A stretch of DNA of 63,026 bases, counting the filler, from Octopus bimaculoides (lineage: Eukaryota): NCBI RefSeq assembly GCF_001194135.2. It is 7 parts of 5 records of this genome, joined end to end, with 100 filler letters (N's around TTAATTAATTAA, not from the genome) between each part and the next. Parts side by side here need not be neighbours in the genome. Positions count along the whole stretch, not along the records: positions 50,865 to 60,794 come from NC_068989.1; positions 60,895 to 63,026 come from NC_068994.1; 5 more parts are not named here. One strand, written 5' to 3'. Made by a program: the position numbers and the translations under genes. The notes beneath the pieces are model-generated. The model searched no databases. It was not told the DNA's origin and saw only the letters and a list, made by a program, of their open reading frames with translations. Below, in pieces: positions 53,230 to 63,026 of the stretch (positions are counted from its first letter, which is position 1; each line of letters starts with the position of its first letter).

Positions 53230-53800
53230 GTTTTACGGAGCTCTGTCTATCCCAACTCTCAATCAACTCTAACGCCCCAAGTGGAGTTTTGACCCCCACT
53301 CTCTTCCTTCTTTGCATAAATGATATATTTAATGTTCGGATCCGACACAAGCAACAACGCTCACCCTTATGCTGGGTTTCCCAGTCTTTCCTCAATCCGG
53401 CACTATTCACACGGAACCTTAGACTCCACTCGCCAAAGCTGCATTGATTTCATAAACAGAGGCTTTGACGGCATCCTTCGGATGGAATCATACTAAGCTT
53501 TTCTCTTCTAACTGCAGATACCTCGAGCACTTCTCGTATCAAGAAACCATGACACCATATATGAGCAGTACTAAGTTAGAGTCCTTACAGTCGTTCAAAA
53601 TGCTGGGCTTCACTATCGCCGAGGATCTCTCCTAGTGAAAGCCCATCCTTAGCACAGCTAGAACCGCATGAAAATATTTCAGCTCCCAACAGCTGCTGAC
53701 ACGCTGCAAGGTTGAAGGACACCCACAATGATGTGCTGCTCCCATTTTTGCGACGATGCTGCTGTTACACACCAGATATCCCTGATTGCATCATCCAAAG
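53230..53800 (+). pseudogene. CR1/L2/Jockey-group RT C-terminal relic
   Basis: SINSNAPSGVLTPTLFLLCINDI resembles GVPQGSVLGPTLFLLYINDL; QSFKMLGFTIAEDLS* resembles S-K-LG--I--DLSW. Confidence 0.6.
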
Positions 53801-53877
53801 AAAAGTCAGTCAATCACTAAAGGAGAGGCTCTATTTTATGGGCTGCAGGCCTGCTCTCTCATTCCTCTCTCTTTTCT

Positions 53878-54087
53878 TTTCTACTCTCGGCACAACGCCC
53901 GAAATTTTTGGCGAGGGGGCCAGTCCATTAGATCGAGTCCAGTATGCAAATGGTACTTAACTTATCGACCCCGAAAGGATGAAAGGTGAAGTCGACCTCG
54001 GCGGAATTTGAACTCAGAACGTAAAGACAGACGAAATACTGCGAAGCATTTCGCCCAGCGTGAAAACGTTTCTACCAGGTCGCCGCC
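53878..54087 (-). mobile_element. SINE family B, full length
   Basis: Reverse complement of the 52354-52570 pattern. Confidence 0.9.
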
Positions 54088-54989
54088 TTTTCTCTCTCTC
54101 TCTTCTATCGCTACTTTGATGCCCTCTATTCTATCAGCTATCGTACCTCAACCACCCAGGCATCCTCAAGCAACACGACGTTTCTCCTCTGAACAGATCC
54201 CTCTTGAATGTTTTCCCCGCCAAAGTCTTTTTTTCTGGTGTTGACTTGTAACAATCATGTTCACCCGCCTTGGAGGGTCTGCAAATGTGATGGGTCATGC
54301 TCCTTACTCCAGACTCAACAGTAAAAACAAAATTTATTCTTAAATATATGTAGTGTGGGACAGTCCGGCTACCGTATTATTTCTTCCCCTCCAGGGTTCA
54401 GAAACTATCTGCTTCACTATCTGACTCGCTTTAATGTCAAAGAACAATTTTTTCTAAACATAAGCCGTGGACCGTGCGGTTAAAGAATTCTAGGTCATTT
54501 TTGAAAGGGAGACGGTCGATGAACCTGGTTCTCACACTCCCTATGTAGCATTGCAAATCGGGTACTATATGAAGAAAGTAGGAGCCAGATTCACACATTT
54601 TATTCGTCAAATCAAAGTTACTAAGTGCAACATAAGATATAGTCCAGAAGTAATTTCCTTTGAGTAAATCCAGTAAATATATCTCAGAGGTTAGAGCTTA
54701 CAGTCCTGTTGTTGACTACAGTGAGAACTTTATAACACATTTTCATTGCATTTTTAATGAAGTTTTCTATAATGCATTGGTTGGAGGGCTGTGAGAATTG
54801 AAAAGGAATCAGATGAATAGATATTATTAATAAAATTAGATTGTTTATAATTTATAAAACTTGTCGAATACCATGGTAAAGAAAAATATTTAAATATTTA
54901 TAAGGATACAGATTCTAATTCGTGTCTTATAGACAAGGAGGGAAGCAAAAATTCTTACTAATACATATATGTTTATGTATGCAGATATA

Positions 54990-55771
54990 TATTAGGGCTG
55001 TCAGATAAATGTGGCATTTCTTGTCCAAAAATTATTTGATCTATCTTTGTGTTTTATGATATTTTTTGGTAACACTATTTTTCCTTTACAACTTTTGTTT
55101 ACCTCATTTCAGATTTATGATGATGGAGTACCAAATAAAAAGAAAATGAGCATTTTCGATATCTGGTTCTCTTCACTTTCAGTCAAGGTTCCAAAGCTGT
55201 CAAAGCCTCTCGAGATATTTCGTGCTGTGCTGTACGAAGAAGTGGTTGTTACTGAAAGAATTGCACAGAAATGGTTTTCACACTCCAAAGAGGCGAGAGG
55301 AAATTCGACATCATAGATTCTCTGTGTTCCGGCAGATCTGATCAATTCTATGAGGGTCGATTGAACAAACTCAACCACGAAGATCTGTGCTAGACCACTA
55401 AGGGATTGGCCCAGCAAGTGAGATGCTCTTACTGTACCGTTGCGCGTTAGGTAAAGTCACTCGATAGGTAAAGTCCTAATGGCCCGAACGGCAACACGGA
55501 GTGCTTCTTCAATACCAGAACGCTCGCTCCCACATCGATATTTTGACAAAGAAATACCATTTAGTTGCTTGGCTGGAAGTTCTACCGACCCACTGTATTC
55601 TCTTGATAGAGTATCTTCAGATAATTATCTTTTTCGGTCGCTCTCCAATATTCTGTAACACGTTTCGTTCAACAGCGACATGGAACTGAAAACGTGGTCC
55701 GAAAAATATTGGAAAAACTAGTAGCCCGTTCGCAAGAAGTTGAACAACGTAGGAGAATATACTATTGACTG
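54990..55771 (+). mobile_element. Mariner relic with internal deletion
   Basis: N-terminal HTH (ERIAQKWF, SGRS) joined to C-terminal YQNARSH (HDNARPH-like), YSLDRVSSDNYLF (YSPDLAPSD-like) and GEY. Confidence 0.8.
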
Positions 55772-55792
55772 TTTTTCTTTTATTCTTTTATT

Positions 55793-55843
55793 CTTTTACT
55801 TGTTTCAATCAGTTGATTGTGGTCATGCTGGAGCACCGCCTTT
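55793..55843 (-). mobile_element. SINE family A tail fragment
   Basis: ttttacttgtttcaatcagttgattgtggtcatgctggagcaccgcc. Confidence 0.75.
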
Positions 55844-56210
55844 GTTAAAATTGTTGATAAAAAATAAGGATTAAAATAAACTGAAAATTAAAACGAACGA
55901 ATTTATCTAATCCACTGGATTTATCATAGAAGGTCTTTTGAATTGTGCAAAGATGACTGGTTCAGCAGAATGCTTAGCTGTACACTAGTTTCACGACATA
56001 ACGGCTGCAATTATCAAACTGACAAACAAATTTCAGGCTCCTGAAATGCATGTATGCATGCATGCATGCATGTATGTACGTTCGTATGTATGAATGGATG
56101 GATGAGTGGGTGTATCAATGTATATATGCAAACATATATACGTATGCATTATGTGCATATATATACTTGTATATGCATATATGTATGTATGGATGAGCCT
56201 TAGATGTGTA

Positions 56211-56419
56211 CAGGGTGAGCCAAAAGACACGCACCAAAACATTTGACTTTTTATTATATTACTATTATTATTATTAATTTTGTTTATGGCGTACAAGTAC
56301 GTTGTGTTTTCACAATAATTTTATTTCTTTTATTCAATTTTAAAACAAATTGCTTTTGAAATGTGCAACATATGTTAAATGAGTCTGTAATATTGGTGCG
56401 TTACTTTTGGCCTACCCTG
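56211..56419. mobile_element. Tc1/mariner-type MITE with ~27-bp imperfect TIRs
   Basis: TA|CAGGGTGAGCCAAAAGACACGCACCAA at the left; the right end is the reverse complement of CAGGGTAGGCCAAAAGTAACGCACCAA. A related solo TIR lies at 59221-59250. Confidence 0.75.
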
Positions 56420-56896
56420 AATATGTGTGTTTTGAGGCTTTCTGCCAATTCTCGGGTTGTGCAATGTGGGTTATTCTCAATTAATGACTTGATTTGGTCA
56501 TCTTCTGTAGTGGATGGTCTGCCTGATCGCTCTTTATCAATAAAGCTACAATCTCCAGCTCGGAACCTTGCGAACCACTTCCGTACAGTTCTTTTGGATA
56601 AAGAAACATCACCGCAAACTGCGCATATTTCTTTGGTTGCTTGTGAGGCATTTTTTCCCTTTACGGAAAAAGAAAAGCATCAAGTGCTGAAAAGGAACTT
56701 TCTTATCTTCCATTTTAAAGGGTTACAGAATTAATACAGGTTATAGAACATAAACCTTCTTCCACGAAAAGATAGCTTAAACTGTGCTCTAAATGGAGGT
56801 GTAGTCAGATCCTATTTTATGGACTCGACCATGTTCTAAAACAAATCTAAAGGTAAGCTACTATAAATTGGCACGAACTTTCCGGGCAACCCAATA
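56420..56896 (-). mobile_element. Mariner 5' half with ITR
   Basis: ITR TA|TTGGGTTGCCCGGAAAGTTCGTGCC at 56896; ATG at 56713; MEDKK…RKGKNASQATKEICAV…TVRKWFARFRAG…ERSGRP…TTRELAESL. Confidence 0.9.
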
Positions 56897-57038
56897 TATT
56901 ACGGAGATGTACTTGCATAGCAAGTAACCTGATCTGAGATCGTGTGTTTAAATAAAAACAATTGCAGCGCGGAAGGTGTTTATAAGCCATTTAAAAATAC
57001 ACAAAAACCGTTAGATTCGCTTCAACATTTAAATCTAA

Positions 57039-57110
57039 TTTGCCAAAATATTTTCGTCACTTTGAGATCGCGACCTGATCACGGAATTTTGTCAGTGATC
57101 AGGTCGCGAT
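57039..57110 (-). ncRNA. G3:C8 variant hammerhead-like motif split by a terminal foldback (16-bp perfect inverted repeat)
   Basis: Minus strand: GTGATCA-G-GTCGC-gatctcaaa-GTGAC-GAAA-ATATT-T-TGGCAAA. The missing 5' stem-I strand TTTGTCA plus the core lies on the plus strand at 57088-57107. Arms are 57067-57082 and 57095-57110. Confidence 0.55.
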
Positions 57111-57924
57111 AAATATATATATATATAAGATCTTTTGAATTATATGATATATATAATATATATTACATGTATATATATAATATATATTATATACAGGGTG
57201 CGGACAGTTTTGAGAACATGCACTTTTGGTCGTTATGTTTATGTCTGTTCTTAGATTTAATGAGGTAGGTTAGAAAGAAGAATACGGTCACCGTGTAGTT
57301 TGCATATTAGGAAGTGTTTGGAATTTCTCAAATTAAAGATTCACCTTGTTGATTCTTTCTTGTGTAGAGATTCTGTCTTTACATTGATAGAGAGGGAAAA
57401 TGAGAAATTTGGGATTTTTATTTCTAGCGCAAGAATCTATGTGGCCAATATATATATATATATATANNNNNNNNNNNNNNNNNNNNNNNNNNNNNNNNNN
57501 NNNNNNNNNNNNNNNNNNNNNNNNNNNNNNNNNNNNNNNNNNNNNNNNNNNNNNNNNNNNNNNNNNNNNNNNNNNNNNNNNNNNNNNNNNNNNNNNNNNN
57601 NNNNNNNNNNNNNNNNNNNNNNNNNNNNNNNNNNNNNNNNNNNNNNNNNNNNNNNNNNNNNNNNNNNNNNNNNNNNNNNNNNNNNNNNNNNNNNNNNNNN
57701 NNNNNNNNNNNNNNNNNNNNNNNNNNNNNNNNNNNNNNNNNNNNNNNNNNNNNNNNNNNNNNNNNNNNNNNNNNNNNNNNNNNNNNNNNNNNNNNNNNNN
57801 NNNNNNNNNNNNNNNNNNNNNNNNNNNNNNNNNNNNNNNNNNNNNNNNNNNNNNNNNNNNNNNNNNNNNNNNNNNNNNNNNNNNNNNNNNNNNNNNNNNN
57901 NNNNNNNNNNNNNNNNNNNNATGC

Positions 57925-57994
<70 letters not shown>

Positions 57995-58160
57995 AGAAAG
58001 ATAGATATATTGGTAAATATACATATGTATATCCATGTACATATAGACAAATTGATAAGGAACGACGAATTCAAAAACGAATGCAACAAGACAAAGGGAC
58101 AGCGAATACTAGTAGTTTGGTGCACAATGAAAGTTTTGAAGGAAGAGTTAAAAGTAGGTA

Positions 58161-58765
58161 TAAGAGGTCTGACCAATAAGTATGCGGATTGTTGTCATAG
58201 TAACGACGCTAAAGCACGCAAAGCAAAGCCGCTTGGCAAAGATTTACCTTGGAGTCTGCTGTGCATCGGCACTAAGTTTTGTTGTAGCTCACTTCCGTTG
58301 TTTACTGCAGTGCTTTGAAGTAACATGATCGTCGCATTGAACATGATAGAGAAGGTTGTCATGGTGACACCTGCTCAGAGGCCAACGCAAAGTTGCAGAA
58401 AGTGTATGGAGAGGAGTGTATGAGCCGCACACAAGTATACGAGTGGTTCAGACGTTTCCAAGATGGCCGAAAATATGCTGATATTGACGAACGTTCTAGG
58501 AGACCGGCAACCAGTAGAACTGAGAAAAACATTGCAGATGTGCGTGCAGCTGTGCGGGGAAATCGTTGAATCACCATCCACGAGTTATCAGAGGATGTGC
58601 AGGTTAGTTACGATTCAGCTCAGTCCATTATCGCTGAAGATTTGGGTATGAGATGCGTGTCAAAACTGCTTTCAACTGACCAAGAAGACACTCGGGTTTC
58701 AGTTGCACACAATCTCCGTGATTGTGTCGAGAACGATGAAAACATTTTGAAAACTTTGTGTAGGC
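58161..58765 (+). mobile_element. Mariner (irritans-like) 5' half, decayed
   Basis: KLQKVYGEECMSRTQVYEWFRRFQDGR…ERSRRPATSRT…ITIHELSED…IIAEDLGMR. Confidence 0.85.
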
Positions 58766-59023
58766 TTCTGATCAGGTATCGCCAAGCTTTTGGCAAAATT
58801 TTATGTAGATTCTCTGCTCAACTTTCTCTGTCATTGTCGATGCGACAATCACACGCTACACACCTTCTTTCCAAGCACTGCTCTAAACAGCAGAAGTCAA
58901 CTAGAACGTTAAAACTTGGTGGGCATGCATAGCAAAGTTCAAGGTCAATCTGTGCCAAGCAGCTTTATTATACGTGCTCTAGCTTCGTTATTATAGCAAC
59001 AGTCTGAATACTTATTGATCAGA

Positions 59024-59065
59024 CCACATATGACGTTTCGAGCATGCTTTTTCGTCAGATAGTAG
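59024..59065 (-). ncRNA. Minimal type-I hammerhead-like motif (canonical CUGACGA / GAAACGUC)
   Basis: Minus strand: CTACTAT-CTGACGA-aaa-AGC-at-GCT-c-GAAA-CGT-C-ATA(t)GTGG. ACGU palindrome and GUC triplet; stem II is weak. Confidence 0.6.
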
Positions 59066-59254
59066 AAGAAAATACTGAGAAGAGGAAAAAGAAGGAAGAA
59101 TAAGAGATAAGAACAGAGAGTGAAGATATGAGAAAATCATGTGAGTTGCTTACATAATCGATAAATAACTGGACAGAAGTCGGAGAGTGCACAATTGGTC
59201 TGTATGTGCGCGTGTGTGTGTTTTGGTGCATGCTTTTTGGCCTACCCTGTATAC

Positions 59255-59319
<65 letters not shown>

Positions 59320-59899
59320 CCACCCATACATATAGCTTTACACACATGTAAGCATATTACTTTGTGTGTGAGTATGTAATTTACAAGCCTTGTGCCAAAT
59401 TTCAAAACCATTGTTTCAGCTGATCGTGTTGTTATCGTTTTCGTGTCTGGCGTATATACACGTTTAGTTTCAAAGGTGTTGCTGAGATTGTTATATTTCA
59501 CACTTTATTTAGTGAAAAACGAAAACAAAACAAAAAAATCACTCCGTTTTTTCACTCTCTGCGGTTGAAAAATGTTCATCTTCATATTTGTCTGTAATTT
59601 CTACCAGACGTATAACTGTAACCTTGTCGGTAAATTAACAGGTATACGTACCAACGGGGATTGTAAAGGTAAAAATATAAGTTACCATTCCCAATATTTA
59701 TCAAGCACGAATACATATTGGAGAAAAGAGACAACATGCGCTAATTAACCAAACAGATTTTTTTATTCACTAACATCCACCTTTAACTAAAGAAAGAATA
59801 TATGCTGAAAATATAAATTTAAACGAGAAAGAACTGTAAAAGATTAATGACAGAACCAACAGCAAAAACTCATCTCTTGCCAAAGCTGTAGGTGATCGG

Positions 59900-60560
59900 G
59901 TGTTCCTTGTTACGGTCTATGAGTTAGCTCTTGGGAAAGGAGTGAATTTAGAATAAGCATGTCGAGAGAGACAGTGCCTTCTTGGAATTTATCCAAGAAA
60001 TAGCAAGGGGGAAAGCAGCTAACTGTTTCCATGTGCCCTTGAAAGCATAGTTGGAAGGAACTTTGTCTGGTGTGTGGAAAGATGTATGCTTCATTTACAA
60101 AGGTCAGAGCATGTAAAAGAATGTCTGTTCCTAAGGATCGAGAATGAGACAGAGCTGGTGCGGTATACGCCAGCCTATAGATGGTGTCGCAGTACATCAG
60201 GATTAAGATGACGAAGGAATGACAGAAAATATTGCTCGAGATGTTGACTTTTAGCTTATCGTTGCAGTCATGGCAGGTAGCGAGCTATAAAAATATGTTG
60301 TCAAGCAGAGTCTGTACGGAAAGGTCATGATGACCTCGAAGACAATAAGGGCACCACAGAAATTTACCCCTTTGTAAGAGCAATAATAAGATCAGTGAGA
60401 CTAGTGGTGGTATAGGGTAGAAGGTCCAGTTGTTACATGCACGATTGTAAGGGCCATTTGAGATCCCTATATGAAAAACGTAACTGTTAAAAGTCAGCGG
60501 CAGATATCAGTAACTAAGGTGACGACAGCAGAGCCCTAAAACGGAGATCGAAACTACTAT
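59900..60560 (-). pseudogene. Possible LINE apurinic-endonuclease relic
   Basis: Coding-like composition with a weak LDMLILNSLLSQELTHRP resemblance; not decisive. Confidence 0.25.
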
Positions 60561-61235
60561 TACAGCTGATGCTACGTATGAACACTTGGTGACCCCTAAA
60601 ACAACTGACGGTTTTCAACACGAACGCTTTCTGGCTCAGGAGCCGCTGGACCGATGATGTAAGTCACATTAGGGCGCGACTAAGACCGAATATGCTCACG
60701 GGCAATTTCAGAGGAGCAAGTTTGTAGAAGGTAATCGAATCGTAAAGTGTCGAACTCATTGGTCCCTGTGTTGGGGTCGGATGTGGGCGGGGGGNNNNNN
60801 NNNNNNNNNNNNNNNNNNNNNNNNNNNNNNNNNNNNNNTTAATTAATTAANNNNNNNNNNNNNNNNNNNNNNNNNNNNNNNNNNNNNNNNNNNNGAGAGA
60901 GAGGGGGAGAGAAAGTAAGATGCCAGAATGACTTGACAGATGGTCATCTCATTCCAAGTTGGCTTATAATCATTTAAAAAAATATCTCCACAAAATATTC
61001 ATGCTTTGCCCCTGTTGCAGGCTAAGCCATAAACACACATATACTCATCGCTGCTTGTTCTTACTTTCATCCCCCCACACACACATACACAAACTCGATA
61101 CTCCACAACGCCAATTCGCTTGTTAGGTTAATTTCTTTTATACAACCACCATTTCCAATACGAAAGGAAAAAGACCTTTTGTCCCTACCAAAACCTAAAA
61201 CAAAACGAAAGTGAAATAATGACCGCTACATTTAG

Positions 61236-61243
61236 TGTGCGTG

Positions 61244-61338
<95 letters not shown>

Positions 61339-61700
61339 GTGTATATATGTATATATATCCCACAAACGTAATTAAGACTTTCAGATCAATAGACAAATCT
61401 GCTTGCAATAGTCAGCTTAGAAAATACACATTGCATACTACACATGCATGCATATTTGTGTGCGCGCGCGCGCGCGTATGCACGCGCATGCACTGTCACT
61501 TAGAGATGATTATGTGTATATAGATACATCTAATACGTAGCGATACTTGAAAATAATATCAAACCACCATGTTCAGTAACGCCATTTAAACATATATACA
61601 TATATGTGTATATGTATGTGTGTGTGTATGTATATATGTGAATGTATGTTTCTGTGTATGTATATATGTATATATATATTCATATATATGTGTGTGTGTG
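61236..61700. repeat. Compound (TG)n/(GA)n/(TA)n microsatellites
   Basis: Visible. Confidence 0.9.
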
Positions 61701-63026
61701 TGTGTACATACATATCAACAGTAATTCATTGGCAGTGGCATCTTTTCTTTCTCATTTTCTCTTGTTTTTATTATCTAACCCCACCATTAATCCATACAGA
61801 CGCACACACACTCATACGTAACACACACACACACACACGCATGCACATGCACACGCGCACACGCACACTACACGCAGGCAAAACTACAGATATACATTCA
61901 TACACACAAAATGGCATAAATAAAAGAAAATAACCGAGAACTAACAGAGCATTAAACAACACTAAAGAAACGGAATGGACCAGGGAACGAAACAAGGAAG
62001 GAAGAGAGAGAGACAGAGATTGAGATAGAGACAGAGCGAGAGAGAATCAGGAAAAGACAGAGCTACAAACAGAGAGTGAGTGAGAGACAGAGCGATATAG
62101 AACGCAGAAAATCCATCCGCCATTTTCTTGCCCTGTCGCCATCGCTGTCATTTCAAAAATCCGAACCTCCAATTTTTGTCTTCCTTTTATCTTATTTCAG
62201 ATTTGTACTTAGCTTCTGTTTTTTTTATTTATCTATTTATTTTTGTCCTCCTTCAGATTTTTGTTTTGTCTCGTTTTGTAATTTTTGTTTTTAATAACTG
62301 ATTAATCCTCAGGAAATTAGTTCACTGGTGAAGTGTTATGTCTGTTGAATACAATGTCAGCAGTTGAAATAAAAGCTCTTGCAATTTCTTCGCTTCGTGA
62401 ATGCACACAACCGGAAATAAATTGCATAAAACGAAAAACCGAAAGGAAGGATAAGAACAAACAAATAAACGAATAAATAAATGAATAAATAAATAAACAG
62501 CATGTTTACGATCGCCGTAGAGTAGAAAATAAGCTAACAGTGAAATGAGTGCATGATCAGAATGTTACTATTGTTGTTGTTGTTGCTGCTGCCGTTGCTA
62601 TTTAACTCCAGGTCAATCCCAAATGGAGCCAAAGTACCACGAGCTAAATCGTTTCAAGTCAAAATCGTTTCGAAGTATGATCAAAACCGTTTCAATCGTG
62701 ACCATCCCGTCTTTTTGCTTCAAACATAGTCTATCAATTTATTATATATTACTTAATGTGCCCTGCCCTTTTCTTTAAAACGGTTGGGTGTATGATATGA
62801 GGGAGTGTTGGCTGATATTTCTAATGGGTCATCTGACCAGTTGAAGACTTCTTCATTGTCATCCCCCACCTCTGTCTCTCAGTCTCTGTAACTTTGTAAT
62901 CGATTTTCGTTCATTTCCGATTCGCTCTAATCACGAGGTCTACGCAAAAACCATGGATCACACGAAGTCCATGGTTTCCTCTCCTTTTCTTTAGGAGCAT
63001 GCGCTGTGGAACGAAGTGTAAGAATC

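Noticed and set aside
56363-56734. 123-aa plus-strand ORF (also 55011-55316, 55115-55417, 58359-58651, 24144-24533, 24813-25196)
   Set aside because: Antisense or out-of-frame shadows of mariner or HERO coding sequence.

Overview
Eukaryotic, AT-rich, repeat-saturated scaffold window with many N gaps. No host protein-coding gene, rRNA, tRNA gene or CRISPR array is supported. The SINE families and microsatellite load resemble octopus (coleoid cephalopod) DNA; that is recollection, not a database result. Nearly all ORFs in the supplied track are microsatellite, N-gap or antisense artefacts. Recognisable content is decayed mobile DNA: two tRNA-derived SINE families (here A and B), RTE, R4/Dong-like, CR1/L2-like and HERO-like non-LTR relics, several mariner relics, a MITE, Helitron-like termini and three Penelope-like (PLE) GIY-YIG endonuclease fragments. 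The most interesting signal is at RNA level. Seven minimal type-I hammerhead-ribozyme-like folds, from about six unrelated flanking contexts, can be drawn by hand: 7119-7166(-), 10503-10561(-), 10937-10995(+), 28215-28250(+), 48599-48643(+), 57039-57082(-) and 59024-59065(-). All carry extra purine(s) after core A9, most have a palindromic or near-palindromic stem III, and several have variant cores, including a compensatory G3:C8 swap. One lies in a 466-bp-period repeat with an inverted copy of its ribozyme segment (retrozyme or PLE pseudo-LTR-like). Self-cleavage, expression and novelty are untested. Boundaries of degenerate relics are approximate (tens of bp).
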